Assembly (NCBI GenBank): GCA_951406725.2
Contig: OX597838.1
Location: 7,502,001-7,566,000, forward strand
Reading direction: 5' to 3'
Source: Octopus vulgaris
Taxonomy: Eukaryota
DNA length: 64,000 nt
This document shows, in pieces, positions 36,740 to 49,790 of the stretch (the first letter of the stretch is position 1; each line of letters opens with the position of its first letter). The notes beneath the pieces were generated by a model. It saw nothing but the letters and a program-made list of their open reading frames with translations, was not told the DNA's origin and did not search any database. The position numbers and the translations under genes are program-made.

Positions 36740-36952
36740 TAAAGCGGTGAGCTGGTAAAATGGTAATCACGCAGGAAAAATGCTTAGCGGCATTTCATTT
36801 CTCTTGACATTTCAGCGTTCAATTCCGCTGAGATCGACTTTACCTTTTATCCTTTCGGGATCAATAAAACAAGTAACAGTTGAACACTGGAGTCGATGCA
36901 ATTTTCTCACCACGTCCCCCAAAAATGCTGCCCTTGTGTCAAAATTTGAAAC

Positions 36953-36960
<8 letters not shown>
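36740..36960 (+). mobile_element. SINE family B (tail 2) followed by (ATT)n
   Basis: GCGGTGAGCTGG...TTCAATTCCGCTGAG.TCGACTTT.CCTTT.ATCCTTTCGGG. Confidence 0.75.
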
Positions 36961-37009
<49 letters not shown>

Positions 37010-37355
37010 TATTATTATTATTATTATTGATATTATTATTATTTTTTTAACTGCATTATTGAATCCAAATTTCAATGTATATGCTAATGTCTATATATAT
37101 ATATATGCACATACATACACGCACAACACACACACACACATATATATATGTATGTATATACAATTAAATATATGATTCTAGGCATATTTTATTGGTGTGT
37201 CTATATAATGCATGTGTGCATATATATGTATGTGTGTGCATGAGTGTGTGCTTGTATGTATGTGTGTATGGTTATGCATCTATATAAAGTTATATATATA
37301 TACATGAATATATATATATATACCTGCATACACACACATATATACGCATCTATAC

Positions 37356-37388
<33 letters not shown>

Positions 37389-38069
37389 CGTATATATACA
37401 TGTATGTATGTATATGTATATATATATATATATATATTTATATAGATACAAATATATTATATAATATGTGTGTGAGTGTCTACGACTCGCTCAAACAGTA
37501 ATTTGAATCTGTATTGTATGTTTATGTATACATTTATGATTTTTCTCCAAAATTGCTAAAGGGAATACACAAGAGAAAAAACAAACACCAAGAAAAATAT
37601 ATATGCAAAAATATATAAATCTAATAAGAAATAAAATCACAGTAAAATATATGATAAAATTTTATTTCATGGAGTAAAAGAAATTTTTTAAAAATTAATA
37701 TTCAGATATTGAGAAACAAACAAAATATAATTTTTAAGCATTTTTACTGCGTCACTATTAGTATATTATTGGAAAATTGTAGGCAATTCAATAATAATAC
37801 CTTTGCGATGGTTGGGTGGGACAGACTATTGTTATAGAACATGTGATTTATATATAAACAGGAAACATTTTAATATATACTCAAATATAAAGACGATATA
37901 TACAGTCACAAGTAAACACACACACACGGACGAGCAGATAAGTATATAAATATATATATATATATAGGTCTGTTTATATAACCTCTGTTTATACAACCTG
38001 TCGACAACCGATGTTATGCAAGGGAAAGGCCAATGACCATACAGCTTGGCACCACTGACGTCGCAACTC

Positions 38070-38200
38070 GTTTCTGCAAGTCAGTGAAACTGGAGCGACG
38101 TGAAATAAAGTGACTTGCTCAAGATCACAACACGCCACGCGGTCCAGGAATTGAACTCACAACCTCACGATCGTAAGCTAGACGCTCTAACCACTGAATC
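38070..38200 (-). mobile_element. SINE family D, 5' part
   Basis: CTGGAGC.ACGTGAAATAAAG...TTGCTCAAG...GAACTCACAACC...CTAACCACT matches 59919-60018. Confidence 0.7.
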
Positions 38201-38238
38201 TCATACACACACACACACACACATATATATATGTGCAC

Positions 38239-38321
<83 letters not shown>

Positions 38322-38410
38322 CGTACATACATATATATATACATATATATATTTATATATATATACATATATATACATATATCTATATACATACATATAT
38401 ATATATATAC

Positions 38411-38469
<59 letters not shown>

Positions 38470-38473
<4 letters not shown>

Positions 38474-38660
38474 ATCCAAGCATGAAAACACAAAGAGAAA
38501 ACACAACAACGCGAGGACATGGATCAAATATGTTATTATTGGACGCTCAGGAAGGAAGGGAAGAATGAGGGCTTAATGTTTCGAGCGGAGCTCTTCGTCA
38601 GAAACATAGGAAAAGGAAAGATCCAGAGAAGGGAAGACGCAGGAAAAAATCGCCAACGGT
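38470..38660 (-). mobile_element. ~190 bp TA-embedded element, family H1, with a minimal hammerhead-like core (Penelope pLTR-like)
   Basis: Minus strand GTTT-CTGACGA-A-GAGC-TCC-GCTC-GAAAC at 38605-38578; homologous copies at 60760-60964 and 1270-1347; all abut (TA)n. Confidence 0.7.
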
Positions 38661-38827
38661 ACATACATATATATATATATATATAACATATAGTGTACAG
38701 TTAAACACGTGAGGAATCCACTTGTGGGATTCAACACGCTAGAAAGAACAGTTAGATTCCCTAACCACAAAAATAGGGATAAAATTCGACAGGAACGAAA
38801 TAAAAAACTATAAATATTTTACCATCA

Positions 38828-38965
38828 AGTTTCAAATTCTGCTGAGGTTGACATTACCTTTCATCGTTTGATGTTGGTAAATTAAGTACCTTTTGCGTAA
38901 TGGGGTCGATCTAATCGACTGCACCCCTACCCAAATTTCGGCCTTGTGTCTAGAGTAGAAAAGAA
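38828..38965 (+). mobile_element. SINE family B, partial
   Basis: TTCAAATTCTGCTGAGGTTGAC...GGGGTCGATCTAATCGACT...GGGCCTTGTG. Confidence 0.7.
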
Positions 38966-39045
38966 AAGATTATTGAGATAGATAGACAGAGAGAGACAGA
39001 GAGACAGTCAGAAAAAGAGACGAAGATAGATAGATAGATATATAA

Positions 39046-39123
<78 letters not shown>

Positions 39124-39148
39124 TGATAGATAGATAGATAAATAGATA

Positions 39149-40340
39149 TGTTTCTTTATTAGCCACACAGGGCTGCACACAGATAGAACAAATTACAAGG
39201 TAGAGCTTTTCTTTTGGGGGTAAAAAAAAGGGACTGGTGGTTTTCGATCAAAAGGGATCGTAAAAGGAAAGAAAGAGGACAAAAAAAAGGGAGGGGTTAA
39301 TAAAAAAAAAAAAGGTGGGGGGAGAGCAAAAAAAATTGATCAATAGGGATCGTTATCACAGAAATGTCAATATGAAGTGTAAAGGGGAGAACAGGTGAGG
39401 CTTACCCGTGGAAAGAAAAGCCTACGGAAAAGACCACGGTAACCTCGGTCAATGAAGTCACATGTTATATTTCTTTCTTTTTTTTTTGCAAATAAGCAAC
39501 TCTCTGTATTTATTTTTACGGTTCATAGAATCATAGTCATGGTGGCTTCGTCATTCATACGTGCCATCCTTGCTACATTCACCCATCTTTTTTAAAACAT
39601 TCACTAGACAAAACTTGCCTCTCTACTCTCACTTTCCTCTTCAAGTGATACTTGAAGAAGTTGATGAGAGATTGACCAGAGAGGAAAGTGTTTGTCTGTA
39701 ATCCTTTCAGGCGCGTCCACCAGATACATTCTTTCGCCATAGCCACAAGTATGATAAAAATAGCTCTTCCTTCCTGTTTGAAGGAAGGAGGCGTGACGAT
39801 ATTAACGATAGACTCGGCTGATAAACCGACACGTCCCACACGTGACAGCAGTCGTTCGACATAAGCCCACAGGTCGGAAATTGCTGGACACTGCACGATT
39901 GCGTGCAGAGCGGTTTCGTCGCTCTGCCCGCATCTCGGGCAGGTCGGCCCCGTGTTTCTCGAGCCATGCCTATAGAGCTTATCCCGAACGGGTAGCGCTT
40001 CTCGGTAGCACCGCCAGGCCAGGGATCTCTGGAAGTTGTCCATAGGTCCCGGGCCGAAAGTCGTTTGAAACAGGCGGGTCAGGTATTCCTCGTCGACGCC
40101 CAGGTTTGCCCCGAGCTCGTCGTCGTACCTCCCCTCCACTAATCCCCTATAGAATGCTTTGGTTGTGTTGAAGTCACTCAAGGTCGACCCGGGACGGCAG
40201 AGTTGCTTGAGAGCAACGCGACACTCGCGGTGCCATTCGCCCTTCCTCGGCCTCTTTTTGATCCACGACTGTAGTTCGGTCATGGAGACGAGTTGCGGGA
40301 ATGCGTGCCTCACAAACGGCGACCACACCTGTTCACCGTC
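39149..40340 (-). mobile_element. 5'-truncated Tx1/L1-clade LINE (zf-RVT C-terminus plus 3' UTR with AATAAA) inside a (GATA)n tract
   Basis: LAWRCYREALPVRDKL...CPRCGQSDETALHAIVQCP...W, AKECIWWTR; a 1-nt frameshift near 39590 continues as KRWVNVARMA to a stop at ~39523; (TAGA)n at 39026-39147 and 40343-40600. Confidence 0.88.
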
Positions 40341-40363
40341 GTCTACATAGAGCCGGAGATTAA

Positions 40364-40415
<52 letters not shown>

Positions 40416-40518
40416 GTAGATAGATAGATAGATAGATAGACAGACAGATATAAGTAGATAGATAGATAGATACATACATAGATACATAGATAGATAGAGG
40501 GTTGATAGATAGACAGAC

Positions 40519-40601
<83 letters not shown>

Positions 40602-41162
40602 CCTGCTGTGTATTGGTGAATGAACTTCTACACATCAACGTCAGAACATACGTATATTAGCGTGTGCGTGCATTCGTGAAGTGTTTGTACGCTCACACAC
40701 ACACAAACACACTCACAGATTCGTTGACAGAGACGGATCAAGTGAATACAAATTAGAAAGATAAGATGGTGGGACATATTGTTCGATCATAGCAGAGCTG
40801 TCGATATGAAGTGGTTTTTTTAGGATGTGAAGGACTCTTGGATATCGTTGTCAATATCTTAGAAGTGGGCAGACCACACAACGCTTGTTGTGGCGCTCAG
40901 CCCCCGACCCAATCCTAATATGTAACATGGATATCTTTCACTCTTTTACTGTTTTCCTTATTCCAGAGAAAGACAGCGAGAGAGAGAGAGAGGAAGGCAG
41001 AGAGAGCAGACGAAAGAGAGAGCAGGTGAGAGTGCGGGGGAGTAAGTTATATGCACTGAGGGATTAGAAGAATTCACAGACACGCATACATACACAAACA
41101 GACACACACACACATGGGCAAACATACAGACAGACATATCTATGTAAATACATATACATACA

Positions 41163-41249
<87 letters not shown>

Positions 41250-41309
41250 GTACCATTAATAAATAAATGCATATATATACATACGCACATCCAAAGAAAC
41301 ATACAAACA

Positions 41310-41356
<47 letters not shown>

Positions 41357-41365
41357 ATCTCTTCA

Positions 41366-41416
<51 letters not shown>

Positions 41417-41441
41417 GTATCTATCTATCTATCTCTCTATA

Positions 41442-41546
<105 letters not shown>

Positions 41547-42007
41547 CAAGGATATGTTGTGTATAAATGCTTGACAGATCAAAACAAAAAGTAAGTATGT
41601 ACCTTGCAGTACCTTTGTATTACAAAAACATACATGTGATTCATGCATATTCTTTCTCTCTCACCCCCTCTCTCTTTCTCATTCAATCTCTTTGTCTTAC
41701 TCGCTTTCTCTCTCGTTCTTTCTTTCTCTCTCGCTGTGTCTCATTCTCTCTCTCTCTCTCTCTCTACTTGAGACCCTCTGCTGTTGTGTGCGCGTATAGT
41801 TGTATATACGTGTGTGAGGCGGGGCGGGGTTGCATTCCATTGTGTGTGTCCTTCTAATGGAAAAACCTGAAGTGACATCAATCTGCTTCTTATATTTCCA
41901 GATCTCCTGTGTTACAACTTGCTACTCTTCTTCGTTTCTCAAATCTTTCGCTGTATCCCATTAATGATACCCCCCCACACACACACACACATACATACAT
42001 GCATATA

Positions 42008-42170
42008 TTTTTCTCTTCTTGTTTCTCTCCTTGTTTTCTGTGTCCCTTTCTGTAGAAGAGCGTAGGCTCGAAACGTAAAAGACTTTTTCTATTCCTGAGC
42101 GTTATACTAATACATCTGATTGTTTTGTACACCACCTGTCTTCGTCTTTTTCTTTTTACGTAAACTCTCC

Positions 42171-42172
<2 letters not shown>
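42008..42172 (+). mobile_element. ~170 bp element, family H2, with a variant hammerhead-like core
   Basis: CTTT-CTGTAGA-A-GAGC-GTAG-GCTC-GAAAC-GTA-AAAG at 42046-42081, followed by TTCCTGAGCGT as in H1; ends in (TA)n. Confidence 0.6.
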
Positions 42173-42238
<66 letters not shown>

Positions 42239-42436
42239 GTGTGTGTAGACATTAAAACCAGGTACGAAACGGTCTGGGTGGGCTAGCGAAGAAGCCGATT
42301 GCTACTCTGCGAGGCAAGACGGGACTTAAACTCCATGTAAATAGGGGAGCATTATCTTGCAATAAGTATAGATTGAAGTATTATTTGTAACGATCTCACC
42401 ATTTGAATCAATGCCACATGTGTGTATGTATGTATG

Positions 42437-42467
<31 letters not shown>

Positions 42468-42477
42468 ATATGTATAC

Positions 42478-42643
42478 ACAGGCGCAGGAACTGCTGTGTG
42501 GTATGAAGGTTGCTTAACGGCCACATGGTTCCGGGTTCAGTCGCACTGCAAAACAACTTGCACAAGTGTCTTTTACTATAGCGTCGGGTCTACCAAAGCC
42601 CCGTGGCTGGATTTGGTAGATTGAAACTGAAAGAAGCCCGTCG

Positions 42644-42694
<51 letters not shown>

Positions 42695-42905
42695 TGTTTG
42701 TGCGTGTATCTATGTTTGTTCGCCCCCCACAACATCGCTTGACAAACGATGCTGGTGCGTTTATATCACCGTGCCATAGCGGTTGAGCAAAAGAGACAGA
42801 TAGAATAAGTACTAGGCTTGCAAAGAATTAGTCCTGGGGTCGAATTGTTCGACGAAAGGCAGTGCGGCAGCATTGCCGTAGTCATATGACTAAAACAAAT
42901 AAAAG
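42478..42905 (+). mobile_element. SINE family A, full copy
   Basis: Collinear with 19880-20260. Confidence 0.85.
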
Positions 42906-43020
42906 AATAAAGAATATATATATATATTCTTTTATTTTCTTACTTTTTTCACTGTTTTTAGGAAGCAAATACATTTTTCTAAGGAATTTTTGCGGCATTA
43001 ATGAACGAAACATGTAAAAC

Positions 43021-43163
<143 letters not shown>

Positions 43164-43744
43164 AGCGACTGAAGCAGTACGATCACTGTGTGTTCTCTTA
43201 TGTAGCAGTACCTCAATGAGAGGCTCTCTCAAAGCTGATAACGCAGTATTCGGTATTCTCATAATGAAACTGCGTTTAGCTGGATATGAAGAAATCATTT
43301 CGTGTAGAATTGAAAAGGAAGAAACGCTTAAATATCGTGTCAGAGTATCCCAAAGATCACGGTGCTGACGAAATTTCTACTTTGTTATGAGCGTCAACTA
43401 TTTCTTCCGAAATTATAAGCACATTTCAGAGCTTATATTTATTCAAACTTTCACTGCAGTCGAATTCATCAGAAATAGAGTACAATTCAAATTCACTCCA
43501 GTACAATTGCTTATTAATTGGCCCAGAAGAATGACGGATAGTTTGACTCAAGCGGAATATGAACTCACACTCCAAAGAACCGAAAGAGTGTGTGTACCGA
43601 TAAGTGCATAGATCAATAAATAGATAGATAGGTAGATAGACGTATAGATAGTAGATGAAACAGATAGGAAGATATACAAATGGAGAGATAGACAGCTCTT
43701 TGAATATCTATCTATTTATCTACCTACAAGTCTATCTATCTATA

Positions 43745-43781
<37 letters not shown>

Positions 43782-43834
43782 TCAATATATATATATATAT
43801 ACAGAAAGAGAGAGAGAGAGGGAGATTTCTTTTA

Positions 43835-44210
43835 TTCTTTTATTTATTTCAGTTAGTTGACTGCGGCCATATTGGAACGCCGACTTTAGTCGACCAATCG
43901 ACCCCGGAACTTATTCTTTGTGAGCCTAGTACTTATTCTATCGGTTTCTTATGGTGACGTAAACACATCAACATCCATTGTTAGGCGATTATGTGGGGGC
44001 AAACACCAAAACACACACACATATATATATATATATATGTATATATGACGGGCTTCCTTCAGTTTCCGTCTACCAAATCCACTAGCAAGGCTTTGGTCGG
44101 CCCGAGGCTATTGTAGAAGACACTTGTCCAAGGTGACACGCAGTGGGACTGAACCCGGTACTATGTGGTTGGTAAGCAAATTACTTAACACGCAGCCACT
44201 CCTGCACCTA
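43835..44210 (-). mobile_element. SINE family A, full copy
   Basis: Collinear with 19880-20260. Confidence 0.85.
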
Positions 44211-44510
44211 TGTATATATATATATTGAAACAAATTTATGTTTATATATGTGCGCATGTGTGGTCACGTGCGTGTTTGTCTACATGCATGTATCTGTGAC
44301 TCCACGTACACATACACACAGAGTCCATCGATCTACATGACGTATCATTTCGTATACATTGTAAGAACGAAAATGCAAATGCATGTGTCGCTCAGAGAGA
44401 TATTCCATATCCGATATTGCATATTTCCATATCCCATAACACACGTCACACATGTCATACGATAACTTGCGTTGAAGACAAATAATTCATCAACGTGTAC
44501 ACACACACAA

Positions 44511-44542
<32 letters not shown>

Positions 44543-44544
44543 AC

Positions 44545-44585
<41 letters not shown>

Positions 44586-44878
44586 ATGATATTGGTAAAG
44601 CACTCGGTTATATTTGAGGAGAGATCTCCACAATATCGACATCAGAGCTACTTGAGAGCCAATTGAGTTGACAAGAAGCGTTCCGTTTAAGTGGTCTCCC
44701 CTCTCATTCGTCACATTGGATAAGACCTTTGGCGAACGGCATTGAATTGTTCACCAATTCCTTATACCTCCGGTCATATTCTCCGCAGCAGTATAGCAGA
44801 AGCAGTTTCTCTCCCTGTCTTACTGTCTTCTTTCATTTTTTCTCCTCTTCTCTCTCACTCTTTCACATGCCCTCTCTC

Positions 44879-44917
<39 letters not shown>

Positions 44918-45060
44918 CACCGGAACACACAAATATGTGTTTATGCGTAAACCAAAAATATTCGCCTGCATATAATCAAGTTCATATTTACATACATACA
45001 TACAAACACACAAATATATATAGATATATATGTTTGTATGCATATATATATATGTGTTTG

Positions 45061-45106
<46 letters not shown>

Positions 45107-45124
45107 TTGATATATATATTTAAG

Positions 45125-45160
<36 letters not shown>

Positions 45161-45244
45161 GTATACACATATATACATGTATATATATATATATATATGT
45201 ATATGTTTGTATATGTATATATATATATATATAGATATATAGAT

Positions 45245-45306
<62 letters not shown>

Positions 45307-45310
45307 ACAC

Positions 45311-45367
<57 letters not shown>

Positions 45368-45724
45368 TATATATGTGTGTGTATGTATGTATATATATAT
45401 GCATATGTATATATAAAGATATATACGTAGGTATCGATTTCAAATAAGGCCGTTCGAGAGAACTTGAGAAACACTTATAACGACGTGTCTATAGAAACGT
45501 ACATATACACACCTACTTTTGTAGCGCGCACTCTCTCCCTCACTCTCTCTCTCTCTCTCTCTCTCTCCCTCTCTCTGTCCCTCTCTCTCCCACACACACA
45601 CGCAAACAAACGCACAGCTACAATTATGAGTGCGTCAGTATGTGCACACACACATATATATATACATACATACACACACACACATATATTTATGTATATA
45701 TGTATACATATATACGTACATACA

Positions 45725-45787
<63 letters not shown>

Positions 45788-46591
45788 CTTTATAGGTGTG
45801 TATACTGATGTTTTGAAGCATGCGTTTATATATACATACAGATATGCATACATATATACATATATATATATTTATATATATGTATGTATTGAAGAATAAA
45901 GGTTGTGTGCTTAAGGAATTCGTTTGCAGCCTCGTACAACGATGACACTGTTTCGAACCTAATGTGAGGTAATCCGAGACCAACATGTTTTACTACATGC
46001 TCGCATGTTCCCAAGTCATTTGCATAGCATTATGTTGCTAAATCAATAATAAATGGACCGACCAGATAACTCAAATGTCCCTCCTGTTGCATCGTCTTGT
46101 AGTGATCGTTTTACGAATTAGACTCACCATATTGCATTCTTCGGCCACTTTACGAGGTCACGTTTAAGGTCGAGGTTCTTACACCGCAGTTACATTTAGT
46201 GACAATTGTAATTCTCTATTTTGGTGAAACATGGTAAAATGCTGTTTATATTAACATTGTGTATACACGTTAGCAAATCGCTAAATCATCCATTAATTTG
46301 GATGTCGAAAACCAATATACCAATAGAGAAACACGTCCGAAAAAGCCGGACTTTCGAACCAGTTTTAACTGATGAGGCAACGGAAATTCCCGAAACTAAC
46401 GTCAGTATTAACTATTCTTGATTGGCGCGTTTTGGACGATTAAGATGCTGTTAGCTTATATGCTTACATTTATATGCCTTGACTACAACATCAGTGCACA
46501 CCAGCTCTTATTTCTATCAACGTATGTGTCTTCTATCACCCTAGTCACGTTTAGTGACAGTATGTATGTATAACCTAATCTATAGTACTAC

Positions 46592-46822
<231 letters not shown>

Positions 46823-46953
46823 TCCGATGGACAGGAATACTCCAGAAATATAGAGGAGTGTCTAATAGATATTTACAATTACAATCCATGAATGATATCT
46901 ATTTCATTATTCAATTCTTGTTTGTAAGTTTACGAGTATATGTGTAGATATAC

Positions 46954-47031
<78 letters not shown>

Positions 47032-47564
47032 ACATATATATGACCGTATGTATAAATACACAGATATATATATATATATATATATATGAGTATGTGTGTG
47101 TGTGTGTGTTTATATATACATATATATACATAATTATATATATGTACGTATATATGTATGTATGTATGTATATGTACCTACACCCGCCTTCATGTTTAAA
47201 TATATACCTATACACATTTGCACGTATATATGTATGTATGTGAGTAGGCACGTGTTTCAGGCATTGTTGATTAAATCACGTGAAAACATCAAAGATTTCA
47301 CCATAACCTGGTCCTCTGAGGAATATATCCTGGTTTTATTGAAGATTGTCCCCTTTGTTCTCTGGCCTTCGTACCTGCATGTTTGTTTTTTTTTGTTTTT
47401 TGCTTTGGTGTGTGTGTGTGTATATTTCCACATCTGTTTTTCTATCCTCCTTGCTCTACCTCTCCTTATCTCTTTCTTTATATACATAGATGTATTGAGA
47501 AATAAACAGATGAGTACGTCATGCATATGCTTATATATTAGTGGGCCTTCTGTATTGACATATA

Positions 47565-47600
<36 letters not shown>

Positions 47601-47765
47601 TGTATGTATGTATGTATGTATGTATGTATGAATGTATGTATGTATGTATGTATGTGTGTATGTATATATCCACTTTGTTTGTGTATGTATGTATACACAA
47701 TTACACATGTAGTCATGTCTCTCTATCTACCTACCTGTCCATCCATCTCTATATGTTATCACTTG

Positions 47766-47839
<74 letters not shown>

Positions 47840-47902
47840 GTGTATATATATATATATATATTATATATATAATATAATATATATATAATATATATATAAT
47901 AT

Positions 47903-47946
<44 letters not shown>

Positions 47947-49284
47947 GTATGTATGTATGTGTATATATATACATATACGCATATGCTCATATAATATATA
48001 TAATCTTATTTTTATTATATATGAACCTGTGTTGTTATGTGCCTGTGCATATGTATGTATGTGTGGTTATACGTTTGTGTGCGTAGTTGTAATTTTGTAC
48101 CAGCCATAAAGAGAATATCAAGTTATGTGGTGGTCCCTACAGAATAGGTTTTGATGTTCGTGAAATCAGAACTTTTATATCAAATCTGACAGATGACATA
48201 ATACAGAAGGATTACGTAAAAAATATCGCAGCAGGTTGTTTTCTTGCTGGTTGTGTCTTGATTTTACTTTCACCGAATGAATTGTGAATGGCGATAGAAC
48301 TTAGAAACAGAACAAAAAAAAAATCTCTATATTCGCTGGATTGACAAAGTACCAATGTTTTCATAAAAAAATAAATGTTCACCTTTCCTTATATGACAGT
48401 ATCACTTGACTAAGTTCCTTCGATGGGATACTTAATCAAAAGCTGTTAGATTTGATCAAAGTTTTTATGTATATTAAAGAAAAAAAGTTTAGAGGAAAAA
48501 ATAGCGAAATTGTTGGTTTTTATTACATGTTAGCTGATTAGCTGATTATTTCGACAGCGGTAAAATAACAATAACCAGAACAACAACATCAACTACGAAA
48601 ATATAAATCACATCAATTTGTATTTTTGTGAGGGTTTTGGGTTTTGTTTTTTCGTGGGGGTTGTAATTTGTTTTTCCCAGTCTCACGCTAGATCTGATTG
48701 AACACACATTATGATCAAAGATCTGAGTTAAAGTTGTTATTTCTAACATTTCTAGATGTACTATACTTCCATCGTGCTTCACATAATTATTAATAATAAC
48801 AAAGCGAGAATAATCGCACTAAACATTGCCTTTATTTCACACAACTTCGTTTCTGTGGCCGGAACATTTACTCGACAGTAATTCTTGCATAGGAATCAAA
48901 TGCTAGAATAGTGGCATTAAGAATCGTGTCGGCTCTGGTAAATAATATGAATCGTTGATTGTGAAATATGTTGATAGGGTGCCTGTAGGGTACGTTTTGA
49001 TCTTCATGAAAAGAGAACTTTATATCACTTGTAGCAGATAGTATAATATAACAGGATGTAATAAAAAAAAAAACACTATTGCAGTGTATTGTAGCAAATT
49101 GCATTTTTGTAGTCTCTTGCTTATATTTTGTCCGAATATATCGTAAGGAGGGTACTTACAGCTTCCAAAAAACTTATGAACATATTCATGGAATTACTAA
49201 TATCCAGTCCGTGCGTTCGGCTTCAGAACTATACGCTTACGACGCTAAATGCACTATGGTAACAGATTCTAATAACACAATAAG

Positions 49285-49790
49285 AGCGTGGTTTAAAAAA
49301 AACTCTTCCGTTAAATATATTTGCAAATGTTTTGACGCATCGAGTGCAACAATTTCGTATGAATCGTGGTTTAATATTTAACATACACTTAGTTGAACAA
49401 CAAGTGTGCATCAACATGCGGGCAATGTTATGGTTGCCCCTTAAACGCTGATGATACGTACGCAAACATTACGAGAGTCAAATTATCCATGAAGTCTCTA
49501 CGTTCTTGTACTATAAAGAAATGGAGGTCACAAGTTTGTACTTACCGTAATCAAAGGGGGTCAAATCAGGAGAGTAAGTTGGGTGGTTTACCAATTCGAA
49601 TCCAAAGTCGCGTATTTTTCGTGACGTTTCATGCGCTGTGTGTGCTGATGCTTTGTCCTGAAATAACAGGACACCTCGTCTCAGTTTTCTACTGCGTTTC
49701 TGCTCCAAAGTTCACGCAGTTCGTTAAAACAGAGACGTTGATGGTGCGATCATTTGGCAGGAATTTTATAAGACCTACTCCGCATAGATT
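49285..49790 (-). mobile_element. Decayed mariner transposase, catalytic C-terminal half
   Basis: RKLRRGVLLFQDKASAHTA...FELVNHPTYSPDLTPFDY matches the HDNA and YSPDLAP.D motifs. Confidence 0.8.

Noticed and set aside
47096-47872. 258-aa ORF with a hydrophobic stretch
   Set aside because: Mostly stop-free microsatellite; no recognisable domain.
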